Source: a virus
DNA length: 64,000 bases
Direction: 5' to 3' (one strand)
IMG/VR virus record: IMGVR_UViG_3300034196_000019
Span: 26,623-90,622 of that record
Part shown: in pieces, positions 31,237 through 41,456 of the stretch
Numbering within the stretch: position 1 is the first letter of the stretch
Layout: every line of letters begins with the position of its first letter
Program-made: the position numbers and the translations under genes
The notes under the pieces: generated by a model
Told to the model about the DNA's origin: nothing
Databases searched by the model: none
What the model saw: the letters and a program-made list of their open reading frames with translations, nothing else

Positions 31237-31830
31237 TTATTTTGTCCAAGGGTACGAAGGAATAAACCTAAAAATCTTAGCTTCATCAGCTAAGTATGTT
31301 CTAGTGAAACAACACTGAATATCTTGCATTTTATCTTCAATTTCAAGATAGTCAAATTGATCAGGCTTGAACCATTCCCCTTCTAGTCTTCCATCGGAAA
31401 ATCTTTTGTGCAAGAAATTCTCAACCATTCATGAGTTTTTGTTAAGTTCCCAGAATGCAAGAACAATTACAAGTACACCGGCAGCATTCGAAAGAGTCTT
31501 AGCCCTATTGATTGGGTCTTTACTGATACCAATTTTAAGCATGCCAGATGGATTCTTCATCAAATATAGGTACTGATCATTTGTTACTCCGTATTTTACA
31601 GCCCTTTGTTCTTTATCAATCATTTTCTTTCTTACACGTCTTTGCTGTTTGCTAGGCTTCCCAGAGTGACTGCTAAGTATTTCAAGCATATTATCTGTAA
31701 TCTCAAAGTCAGAGTATCTTTTCTTCCAACCCTTACTTAGATCATCAAATCCAAAGATGTATGCCTCAAGTTTTGTTACTGCACTCCTTCTATATTCTGT
31801 AAGATATTCACTATATTTCATTTTATCCAC
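31237..31830 (-). pseudogene. T5orf172/MUG113-type nuclease split by an in-frame TGA (31429-31431)
   Basis: YLYLMKNPSGMLKIGISKDPINR...NKNS*MVENFLHKRF...EGEWF. Confidence 0.85.
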
Positions 31831-32561
31831 CCTTGACTCTCAACAAAATCAAGGAATACTTCATTGTCTGTAGGTTCTGGATAGAATGACTGAGACTCAT
31901 ATCTTTTGTCGAATTTAGGGATAGGCAGATCACATAGCCCATACTCAATTGTATCTGTTACATTTCGCGTATTCTCCAGAAGAGATTCCACAGGCTCTGA
32001 GCTATAACCTCGGATTGCCACCTTCAAGATATGTTCACGAGCCGCGTAGGCTTGCTTTACACGCTCAGTAGTACCAAACGGAGCACCGAAGTTATTCATA
32101 AACTCTTCCACAGAATTGTCAATGTATTCTTGCAAGTTAAGAGCTAAAGACTCAATACCCACACGGCTGGCTGTAGGGTTAGAGATATCAACCCAATCAG
32201 GAATAAATACAGCCACTTGGCCGTCCTCTGTTAGCTCTTTGCAGCGATCACGGATACGTTGTCTAGTATTTGCATTAAAGACAGACTCATAGACACCTTT
32301 TGACGTATTCCAGATAACACCATAATGCTTGTGTAGAATCTCACGCATTTCCCACTCCTTGCATCCTTGTGGTCTGATACACAAAGGAAACACATCAGCC
32401 ACACTCTTGTCAAATGCTGAAATAAGAGGTTTGCCTGTCTTCTCTACGTCTTTCATGTGAGTCCTCACAAAACGATCAGGATATCCTGTCATGCTGATAA
32501 TCTTAGCACGACTGTAGCCTTGTGTGCGTAAATCTTTTACCTTCTGAATTCTGTCTTGCAT
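31818..32561 (-). CDS. Protein with N-terminal HTH (candidate origin-binding or regulatory protein)
   Basis: VKDLRTQGYSRAKIISMTGYPDRFVR; GGAG RBS; promoter with palindromic operator. Confidence 0.7.
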   Translation of the reverse strand: MQDRIQKVKDLRTQGYSRAKIISMTGYPDRFVRTHMKDVEKTGKPLISAFDKSVADVFPLCIRPQGCKEWEMREILHKHYGVIWNTSKGVYESVFNANTRQRIRDRCKELTEDGQVAVFIPDWVDISNPTASRVGIESLALNLQEYIDNSVEEFMNNFGAPFGTTERVKQAYAAREHILKVAIRGYSSEPVESLLENTRNVTDTIEYGLCDLPIPKFDKRYESQSFYPEPTDNEVFLDFVESQGWIK

Positions 32562-32602
32562 GAGAATTATTCTCCATAAGTGTACTATTCTGAACGATGT
32601 TC

Positions 32603-32681
32603 AGTGTACAAGCCTCTGTACCAGAATGTCAAGCTGTCTTATTGAAATTAACACAAATCTTGGTACAAAAGCTCTGTACCA
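32603..32681 (-). promoter_or_regulatory. Promoter with duplicated palindromic operator
   Basis: TTGACA-N18-TACACT; GTACAAGCCTCTGTACCAG (32606-32624) and TGGTACA-AAAGCTC-TGTACCA (32661-32681). Confidence 0.65.
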
Positions 32682-32773
32682 GTCCGCGACATCCATATTA
32701 TATATCCTTGGTACGGGACGCACCTGCGGATACTAAAACCAACACAGATATTCCTGACGGAATGCCATAAAAT

Positions 32774-32820
32774 AAAATACAGTCAACACAAATCCAAGCT
32801 CTCGCTTATGACCTTGATCT
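32774..32820 (-). repeat. Dispersed element, copy B (inverted relative to 2024-2070)
   Basis: TCAACACAAATCCAAGCTCT (32783-32802) is the exact reverse complement of 2042-2061. Confidence 0.9.
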
Positions 32821-33063
32821 ATATTCTGTGTAAACACACAGGAAGTAATTACTCTTATAATACAGATCAAGAGCAACATCAAGATCTTTTTGTATTTGTG
32901 TTTGATTTTTATCTGTACAGCGTACAGCCTTATATTTTGTGTTGTCCGTAAGGACGCTTGAGTGTTCATGTGCAATGCACATAATATACACTATTCATTG
33001 CTACGCAATAGGCATACAGCAAGATTCTCCTCATACAAACCATTTCCTTTTGTAACACTCCTA

Positions 33064-33093
33064 TTTACAAAGCAAGCTATGTAATGCTATACT
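33064..33093 (+). promoter_or_regulatory. Extended -10 promoter for the fibre operon
   Basis: TTTACA-N18-TATACT with TGC immediately before the -10. Confidence 0.5.
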
Positions 33094-33159
33094 GACTATT
33101 GAACACAATCAACATTTACAATAATAATTCCCTACAAATCAAAAGGATAAAACAATAAG

Positions 33160-33762
33160 ATGAGTGTATCTAGAGACCAATTAGCAACATATTTCTCCAG
33201 GGTGGGGAGTGGCTGGGGGATTACAAGTACGGGAGTACTGGATAGTCTACTGGAACCAGGGATAGCACAAGGGAATCCAGATACATTTGGTTGGTTCTCT
33301 TACGCTAACACAATGCCCACACAAACAATTCCAGGAAACGTGTGGACTACAATCATGAATGATGGGGCTGGTCCTATCTCTGATGCAAGGTTTCATCCAG
33401 ACGGTGTAACACGGATGCTCGATCCCGCTACAGGACTAATTCTTCTTGATGAACTGGCTGATGGTGATGAGGTGTATATTCGCCACATTGTTAACCTTAT
33501 TCCTCTTTCTAATCTTGTGCAATACAACTTCAGCCATTATTTCCCTGGAGATCTTACACGTATTCCAGCGAGTACACGTACTACACTTTCCGAGGGAGGG
33601 GGTGTACCAACACAAAGATTCTTACTAGACACTCATGTTTTCATGGATAACATTGTCACCAGAACAAACGGGATGCAGCCACAAGTGTATGTATCAGCAC
33701 CATCAGTTATTGAATACTCAGGATGCTATATTTCTGTTAGTCGTAGAGGAGTGAGAACTTAA
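33160..33762 (+). CDS. Putative virion beta-sandwich protein
   Basis: AGGA RBS, beta-rich pattern, coupled (TAATG) to the fibre gene. Confidence 0.55.
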   Translation: MSVSRDQLATYFSRVGSGWGITSTGVLDSLLEPGIAQGNPDTFGWFSYANTMPTQTIPGNVWTTIMNDGAGPISDARFHPDGVTRMLDPATGLILLDELADGDEVYIRHIVNLIPLSNLVQYNFSHYFPGDLTRIPASTRTTLSEGGGVPTQRFLLDTHVFMDNIVTRTNGMQPQVYVSAPSVIEYSGCYISVSRRGVRT

Positions 33763-36314
33763 TGTATACATGTATTCCTGTAGAAGTGGGTGTTGATATT
33801 GCATTAAGCAGAGCATTCTTCTTTACCTTTAATTCTCTCACACACTACGCTATGGATCTTGGAAACAATCGTGTACGGATTGGACGTAAGATTTCTGACC
33901 TTATTGAGATTGTAGAGACTCCAGTAAGTAGCTTTGTTGATGTAAATGGTGTGCCTGTTGCTAGCACATATACAGAGCTGAATAACTATTTCAATACTAA
34001 GAGTGGAAGTGTAAAGGCTGGTGAAGGGATTTCTGTAACTAACAACACAGTATCTGTCCTAGCCGGCGGCCCTAGTACTCTTGGTGGGTACAAAGTTGGT
34101 ACAGGCTTGATTGTAGATGGCAGTGGTAAGCTCTCTGCTAGTGCTGTCAGTGAAGTGACTAAAGTACTTGCTACAGAGGCTGAGATGCTAGCCTTGAGCA
34201 CAGAGACTCTGCGACCCTATCGTATTATTCGACTAGACACTAAACGTGTTTATTATCTGAATGCTGGAGATAGTCCTGCTGTACTGAGTAATTGGTTCAC
34301 TGGTCCATCTATTGAAACAACAGTACTTAGCTTTAAAGGTCGTACTGGTGTTCTTACATCAGAGTTTGGTGATTATAACTTTGATCTTATTCCTCTCGTA
34401 GATAAGACTTCTCAAGACTCTTATAAACTTGTAATTGATCAGAATAAACTGTACGTTGAGAACATAGCCACTTCCACCCGTACTGAAGTGAGCTATGCTA
34501 GCTCTATGAGTGATCTTGGTGTACGTCTTACTTCTTTGGAAGATATCGTCTCTAGCCCATCTACTGGCCTTGTTCGTAAAGTAGGTGATAACCAAGATGC
34601 AATTGCTAGCCTGAACAATGCTATCAACAATACTACTACAGGATTGGCTAATCGTGTAGCATCTCTTGAGCAAGCTACCCCATCCCCAGGCGCTGACTAT
34701 GCTCCACAAATTGCAGCATTGCAAGCTAAGGATACTGAACAAGACGCTGTGATTTCTTCTGTGAATAGTAAAGCAGATTCTGTTGCCTCAAATAATACAG
34801 TTCTTGATCAGCGCGTAACTGCACTTGAGAATATACCATCTGGTACAGATTACTCTACTCAGATTAGTGCTATTGAAAGCAAGAATACAACCCAAGATAC
34901 TAGGCTTACATCAGCAGAAGCATCACTATTAAATAAGGCATCTCTAGTCTCTGGTAAAGTGCCATATGAACAGCTACCAGAATTTCCTGTAGGCAGGAAA
35001 GTGAATGTTGCAAACCAAGCTGCTAGGTTGGCACTATCTATGTATGCAGACCTTACTATTGCCTATCAGAGTGATACAGGAGATGCTTGGGGATTAGATG
35101 CTAATGCTAATCCGGCTATCTCTGCAAATTGGTCTAAACTTGGGAATGCTCAAGCTATTGGTGTAGCATCTTTCAATGGACGTACAGGCCAGATCGGTCC
35201 AATGTCTGGTGATTATGATGCAGGTAAAATCTCTGAGCTAGTGGATAAGCGTTTTGTAAGTTCTGATCAAATTACAGACTGGAATTCTAGAGAGACAGTC
35301 TCTGGTTCTCAGACTAAGGCAAGTGCTGCACAAACAGCGGCTGTAGCTTCTGCTAAGACCTACGCTGATAGCACATTTATCCCCATGAGTCAGAAGTCAA
35401 CAGCAAATGGTGTAGCATCTCTAGGCTCAGATGGTAAAGTTCCAAGTGAGCAATTACCACCCTCTTCTCTTGTTACTATCCCACTACTCTCCTATACGGA
35501 CCGCACGTCTTTACGGGTGGCTACTACTTGGTATGTAAATAACAGCGCATATTTACGTAAGGTGCGTATTGAGGTGGCATATGTTATTGGGCTTGGCGCC
35601 TCTTTCTTAACGATTAGAGACTCACAAGGCGCTAATATATCCATATTTAATAGCGTTAAAGTTGGCAGTAATATTATTAACTCACAGATTATTGAAGTGG
35701 ATGTACCAGCCGGTTATTCATATCAATATACTAAAGGCGCAACAAACCCAGATCGTACAATTGTTCAGTGGTTGGAGGGGGATTTTACCGAAGGAAGCAC
35801 ATTTGTCCCTGCGTCTCAGAAAGGTATTGCTAATGGTGTAGCCCCTCTTGGAGCAGATAGCAAAGTTCCAGCAGCCAACCTACCCACTCCTGTAGATATT
35901 AGCGGACTGATCCCTCTTGCACAAAAAGGTGCTGTGAGTGGTGTTGCTCCTTTGGGTACAAATAGCCGTGTACCTTCTGCTAACCTTCCAACATACCTAC
36001 CACAAACCAAACGTATCTGGAGGGAGGTTAAAGGACAACGTGTTGTTGGCACCTATTACAAAAACTTATCCGGTAACGAACAGATTGTCCACGTTCGGCA
36101 CAAAGCAACCACAACAACGGGTCGTTTCACTCAGATCGTCGTTCGTGCATCTTCGGTATCACAATGGTTTAGCTTTTCAACCCTGAGTCCTTCGTCTCTT
36201 GGCTCTCAAGAGGAGGTTATGGCATCTGTACCCGCAGATTGGGAATATGCTGTGACAAATCAAGGAGGAACCACGGACATCAGCTTGATTGACATTTGGT
36301 ACGAAATGTACTGA
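33762..36314 (+). CDS. Modular fibre/adhesin protein
   Basis: LGGYKVGTGL motif, 2x SFxGRTG...GDY, coiled coil, 4x KVP/RVP..LP repeats, two fibre-tip-like domains. Confidence 0.8.
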   Translation: MYTCIPVEVGVDIALSRAFFFTFNSLTHYAMDLGNNRVRIGRKISDLIEIVETPVSSFVDVNGVPVASTYTELNNYFNTKSGSVKAGEGISVTNNTVSVLAGGPSTLGGYKVGTGLIVDGSGKLSASAVSEVTKVLATEAEMLALSTETLRPYRIIRLDTKRVYYLNAGDSPAVLSNWFTGPSIETTVLSFKGRTGVLTSEFGDYNFDLIPLVDKTSQDSYKLVIDQNKLYVENIATSTRTEVSYASSMSDLGVRLTSLEDIVSSPSTGLVRKVGDNQDAIASLNNAINNTTTGLANRVASLEQATPSPGADYAPQIAALQAKDTEQDAVISSVNSKADSVASNNTVLDQRVTALENIPSGTDYSTQISAIESKNTTQDTRLTSAEASLLNKASLVSGKVPYEQLPEFPVGRKVNVANQAARLALSMYADLTIAYQSDTGDAWGLDANANPAISANWSKLGNAQAIGVASFNGRTGQIGPMSGDYDAGKISELVDKRFVSSDQITDWNSRETVSGSQTKASAAQTAAVASAKTYADSTFIPMSQKSTANGVASLGSDGKVPSEQLPPSSLVTIPLLSYTDRTSLRVATTWYVNNSAYLRKVRIEVAYVIGLGASFLTIRDSQGANISIFNSVKVGSNIINSQIIEVDVPAGYSYQYTKGATNPDRTIVQWLEGDFTEGSTFVPASQKGIANGVAPLGADSKVPAANLPTPVDISGLIPLAQKGAVSGVAPLGTNSRVPSANLPTYLPQTKRIWREVKGQRVVGTYYKNLSGNEQIVHVRHKATTTTGRFTQIVVRASSVSQWFSFSTLSPSSLGSQEEVMASVPADWEYAVTNQGGTTDISLIDIWYEMY

Positions 36315-36326
36315 TCCTCCCACATT

Positions 36327-36396
36327 AGCCCAGCATTCGCTGGGCTTTCTTTTGCTTAAAATAAATTCTTGACAGGATAAATGAAGGTGGTAAGAT
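36327..36396 (+). promoter_or_regulatory. Terminator (36327-36353) followed by promoter (36369-36396)
   Basis: AGCCCAGC-ATTC-GCTGGGCT plus T-tract; TTGACA-N16-TAAGAT. Confidence 0.75.
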
Positions 36397-36508
36397 TAGC
36401 TCCAGAAGCAAAGAAAGTCCTTTGTTTTAAGGCCCTAAAAGATGCGTAATCGTCGCCCCTGTGGGGTACAGTGGTTTTGAAATTTAAACAGTTTTTGAGG
36501 AGTAAAAC

Positions 36509-37466
36509 GTGAACAAACAATACGGTATTGATGCACGACACGAAGCTACTTCTGACTGTCTCTATGCAAAGAGCTTGGGAAGTACAGCTTTGAATGAATT
36601 CCTCTCAAGCTGGCTGGATGAAGGCTATGAAGATATCCATAATAAAGATATGGATTATTATCTTGCATTGAAAGAAATCTCAGATAAGCTCAGCACACCA
36701 GAATGTCTTTTGGAGAATTGAAATGACTTATTATCTTATTGGTGTAGTACTATCTTTCATCCTTACAGCTCTCACACAAGTGCTTGACTATTGCTGTGGG
36801 GTTGATGTAGATAAGAAAGAAGCTTTTAACTGGTCTCTGATCCTTTCTATTTGTAGCTGGCTTACAGCAGGGCTTGCTTTATCCTACATTATCAGCTATT
36901 ATCTCAGCCAGTTTAACTACCCTTGGAGAAATAAATGAACACTGAAAAACGATCTTGCAAACTAACTTCTGCTGGTATTGAGAAATGGAGTGTCCATAAC
37001 ATCAAACCTGATCCAAGACAAGTATTCACTATAGAGTATCAAGCTAAAGACCAGTACTGGATCAAAGCATGGTGGGGAGAGTCTTGCATCCTCGGTTTAG
37101 ATATGGTAAATGAAGTATTTTGGGATGAAGCTCTTGGAGAGTATGTATGACTCTTACATGGGCTTCCTCTATCAAATCTCAGCTAGAATTGCTAGGCTTC
37201 CTGTTCCACAAGCGTCCTTGTGATAATTATTGGGAGCTTTGTCTTGACAATGAATGCGTTAGTGTAAATAAATCTCTTGGTGATCTTATTCGTAATTCAG
37301 CTAAGGAGCTTGGTGTATGAGCAATATTAGGAAATATACACGAGAAGAGTTTAACGAGCTGCACCTTTCAACCGGAGAAAGTGTACAAGGGTGTAAAGCT
37401 CAGCTTGAACGTAAATACCTGAAAGAAGCTATAGATAATATCCAATCAATTTGGGATTACCGATGA
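36509..37466 (+). other. Small early ORFs (36509-36721, 36723-36938 membrane, 36935-37150, 37147-37320, 37317-37466)
   Basis: ATGA-coupled chain. Confidence 0.65.
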
Positions 37467-38208
37467 TATCCTTGATCCAGACTATTACAAACATCTTGAG
37501 TCCGGTCTTAAATCTAAATGCACAGAATATGAAGATGGTGAACAAGAGTGGGAATCTCTTGAGGCTGAGTTTGAATATCGTAAGTTTGTCTCTCAATGGA
37601 AAGCTGTTTACAAAGAAGAGTCTTCCTATTCAGAACCTCTGCTGATTGATCGTAGCCACATTCGTCAAGATAGTGGTAATCCTTATATTGTTGCAGGATT
37701 CTTGACAGGAAAGGCCGATGTTCCTCTCTATGAATATAATCGAGCACAAACTGTAGAATCCTTGTTGCATGCTAAATTTAAGGCGCTTGGCTTTGAATTC
37801 AAAGAAGGCATAAGCTATTCTCAGACTGAAGGTAAGAAGTTGTACGGCAACAGCACACATTCTGGTTTGGAATATGTAACAGCCTTTGGTAAATATATCA
37901 TGCCAAAAGCTGATCTTCCTAAGACACGAGGTACGTTCAAAGGTAGCTTTGAGTATCTAGAAAGCATTTATCTGAAAGACAAAGAATGGATTGAATCTCT
38001 TATCCAGACAGGTTATAATCTTCACTTCAGGAATGAACAAGCATCTGGTGTACTGCTGGCTGATGTGTATAATGGTGTTAAGACAGCTATGAATTATGTG
38101 AATACCCTAGAGGTAAAAGTAAAAAGTGAGACAAGCAAGCGTAGTGCTGTAAATAAATTGCAAGACCTTCTTAAACTTGTTGAAAAAGAAATTATGGAGA
38201 TTAAATAA
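37435..38208 (+). pseudogene. Open frame of 257 codons lacking a proper start (5'-deleted or frameshifted gene)
   Basis: Protein-like frame GITDDILDPDYYKHL... is open 267 nt upstream of the tracked TTG at 37702; no RBS or ATG. Confidence 0.55.
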
Positions 38209-39474
38209 TGTTGAGCAATAAATACACTGGTGAACGAGCATTCCATTTCTTTGATGAGAGGAAAATGAACACTCCAGAATACGGATTGACAATTCGTGAT
38301 TATTTTGCAGCTAAGGCTATGCAAGCCTGTCGTTCACGGAACTCATCCTATGCTGGTTGGCATGATCTTGCTGTAGATGCTTATGAAATTGCAGATGCCA
38401 TGATTGAGGCACGCTCCAAATGATCAACGACGAATACGAACTATGCTTTGCTGGTCAGCTTGATAGCATATCTCCAAATGATGTTGACTTTTATGTAACA
38501 GCCCGTGTTACAGATTTTGTCAATACAAAGGGGACGTACTCTCCCCAAGCTGCTTGTCCAGAGGATTACTATGGAGAGCAATATCTTGAATGGGAATTGA
38601 CTTCTGCTGTCTATTGCGATGGTACACACGAAGAATATGAGGTATATGGGGACGAGGTTCGTTATCCGACCACAGCAGAACAGTGTTTTGTCCTAGAAAG
38701 TAAATATTCCTCCTTGATTTCATCCGAGCTTTGGGATATTATTGCTTCTGAACAAGCCGAAGAGGCGTATGATAAATATGATAGTGGACGATATAATGAC
38801 TAGACATGATAAATTCGAACTGAAGTATGCGGCTTATACAGGGGTAGATCCTGATGAGGTGAAGGCCTGCCGATTGTCTAATGGAAGCTACAATCTTCCT
38901 AAGATTGCATCAGCTTTCTATTGGTATGAGACAGCTTATATTCAAGGTAAGCTGGATAGAGAGTATGAAGATATTATGAGGAGTGTTAAAGGTGAGTAGT
39001 ATTACACGCTATGATATTGGTCCTTACTCAAGTGGTATGGATGTGATTGAAGATGGGGAATGGACTCTTTACGACGACCACATTTCAGAAGTAAAGGCTT
39101 TACAAGAGGAAATTGCTCTGCTAAAGTCTAAGCTCAATTTTGATTGGAATAGTATTAAATAATGGTATTTCTAAATGACATCTAACAACGAACTTATTCG
39201 CACAGTGTGTAATTCCTTGTTCACAGATTTTAGTGAGCATATGACTAGCGAAGAGACAGTACAATATCTTGATGAATATGATGCTGAGCTATCTGATATT
39301 TACACAGAGACATATGACCTTCGATGTGGTACAAAGTATATTGCTTCACGTCTAAACAAGACAATGAGCCTTTACACAAGCAATCGTGGTTGCTATAATG
39401 CTGCTGTGGATGTAGCTACTACTCTGTTGAATCTGGCTCCACAAGAATATGCAAATAAATTTATCTTTAAATGA
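38208..39474 (+). other. Small hypothetical ORFs (38208-38423 with LTIRDYFAAKAMQA motif, 38420-38803, about 38796-38999, 39175-39474)
   Basis: Coupled ORFs; the motif is common in phage accessory proteins. Confidence 0.65.
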
Positions 39475-39483
39475 GCTATTAAA

Positions 39484-39660
39484 ATGAAACTTAAGCAAAG
39501 TGTATGTATCAAAGCAACACAGTTTGAAGCTGAATGTCCTCATTGTGGTAAGTGGGACGATTGGGGTAGTTGTGACCCAGCAGGCGAGGATGGCGAATGC
39601 CAAAGCTGTGGCAAAGAATATGAAGTACACCCAGACGCAGATATCGAATCTTACCAGTAA
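39484..39660 (+). CDS. Small zinc-ribbon protein (58 aa, not in the ORF track)
   Basis: MKLKQSVCIKATQFEAECPHC-X17-CQSCGKEYEVHPDADIESYQ. Confidence 0.7.
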   Translation: MKLKQSVCIKATQFEAECPHCGKWDDWGSCDPAGEDGECQSCGKEYEVHPDADIESYQ

Positions 39661-39670
39661 GGAAATACCC

Positions 39671-40074
39671 TTGAAACAAGTAGTTAAAATTTCTAAACAA
39701 AAAGATCATGAATACGCTGAAGAAATTCAAGAGTATCGTAAGAATGAACGAGCTAAGCGTGATTCTCGTAAGGCTCAACGTAGTGCAAAACGTGGTAGTT
39801 TGGATACACCAAATAAAAGTAAAGGAGAAGATGAATGAGTAAGACAACTTTTGATGTTCGCACAGATGAGAATTTTGAAGTGGACAAGATTGTATTTGCC
39901 AATCACCTAGACAAGACAGAATCCTGGGAAATTGCAGAGTACCTCGACAAGGTTGAGGACGGGCTAGTTGCAATTAATGGAAACGGTGATGCTATTTTTA
40001 TCCAAGATAAGCATCACGCCTTAAACCTCATCAAAGCCCTAGAGAAAGCCATCGAGCTTAAGTGGCTTGTATAG
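39671..40074 (+). CDS. Two small ORFs (basic 39671-39838; acidic 39835-40074)
   Basis: AAGGA and GGAG RBSs. Confidence 0.6.
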
Positions 40075-40077
40075 ATC

Positions 40078-40149
40078 AAAGCCCACCGAATGGTGGGCTT
40101 TTCTTTGTCTAAAATAAATGTTGACAAGAATATTTATTCTCTCTAGAAT
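40078..40149 (+). promoter_or_regulatory. Terminator followed by a consensus-like promoter
   Basis: AAAGCCCACC-GAAT-GGTGGGCTTT; TTGACA-N17-TAGAAT (40121-40149). Confidence 0.8.
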
Positions 40150-40174
40150 CAAACACAGATAACGGGGAGCTATT

Positions 40175-40669
40175 ATGAATAGATTGAAACGGTGGTGGAT
40201 AGCTTACAAACTACTGAAGAAGTACAATCTAGGATACAGACCAACAGGAGGAGGCACATACCGCTGGTTTGATTGTGGTAAACGCCCACAGATAGAGATT
40301 AACCCCTTTCAGAATAATTTCTTTGAGACATTCTCCCACGAACTGGGCCATCACCTGTTCCATAAGATCTTCTACCTTACAAGAATTCCGGGTGACACAG
40401 GCTGGTATAAAAGTAATCTTGTATGGTACATGAATGGTGCTGATATTCCTGTAAACAAAGTGATTCACGAGGAAGCCTGTGCTTGTGCTACAATCATTGG
40501 AATTCGTATTGCTAAAGCTCTAGGTATTACTCTGGATAGGGGTTGGTTATTTCAGCAATTTCACACATATACAGGAGCAGCTTACTCTTATATGTCTAAA
40601 AATTGTGTTGACAGAGAATATCTAACTGAAGTAGTATCTGTCCTGAGCTTGAAGATTCATAAAACTTAA
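40175..40669 (+). CDS. HExxH zinc metallopeptidase-like protein
   Basis: FSHELGHH plus downstream HEEACA. Confidence 0.7.
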   Translation: MNRLKRWWIAYKLLKKYNLGYRPTGGGTYRWFDCGKRPQIEINPFQNNFFETFSHELGHHLFHKIFYLTRIPGDTGWYKSNLVWYMNGADIPVNKVIHEEACACATIIGIRIAKALGITLDRGWLFQQFHTYTGAAYSYMSKNCVDREYLTEVVSVLSLKIHKT

Positions 40670-40685
40670 TTACCGGAGAGACAAA

Positions 40686-41382
40686 ATGAAACAAGTAGAT
40701 AGTATGCCAACAGAAGGTCAGTTTGTTATAGTGTTTGAATATGCCGGTAGCGTTTGGTCTAGTATTCTTGTGTGGAGTGAAGGCGTTCTTTATGAGCGTA
40801 TAGATGAATCTGAGGAAGAGGTAGAACAAGACTTTTATTATACTGTCCCTTACTACTTCCTGTCCGCTGAGCACTCTAACCAGAAATACTTCATCTTTGG
40901 TGAATAACATGAAAAAGATTCTAATTGCATCCCTTGTGGCCTTGTTTACTCTATTCAGTCTAGCTTGGCTGTACAGCAATATTCTTAAGCCAACACCTTT
41001 GGAATATCGACCTGTAATGCAGCAATATGATATACCTAGGGGTATTCCAAGCACTGTGCCTAACAGTGCGTATCCTCAGATTAGCGTTAAGAAAGAGAAT
41101 GTTAGCTTGAAAGAATCTTTTGAATCAGCACATAAACGGACGGAGTGATTTATGTTCCTATACCACTGTAAAGAAGACGACAACTCTTGGTTAGAAGTTA
41201 TGGACCAAGTAGATAGGGAAGGAATGCTACACATTGCGATAAATGAAATGATCCTCGATGTAAAAGGTGAAATGCGTATTCCATATGCAAGATTTAAAGA
41301 GCAATGTGTATACATGCCAAGGGATAGAGTAGAAGAGTTAATTTCTCACCTTCAGGATGCTCTGAGTAACCCTAATTTCTAG
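40686..41382 (+). CDS. Three small hypothetical ORFs (40686-40907, about 40909-41148 membrane-anchored, 41152-41382)
   Basis: RBSs; end at the bidirectional terminator. Confidence 0.65.
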
Positions 41383-41384
41383 AC

Positions 41385-41418
41385 AAAAGAAAGCCCCGCA
41401 AAGAGCGGGGCATTTTTG
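41385..41418. terminator. Bidirectional terminator between convergent units
   Basis: A-tract, GCCCCGC-AAAGA-GCGGGGC, T-tract. Confidence 0.85.
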
Positions 41419-41456
41419 TTCTTGTTCTATTTTCAATCCGTATCTCTTATTCTTAA

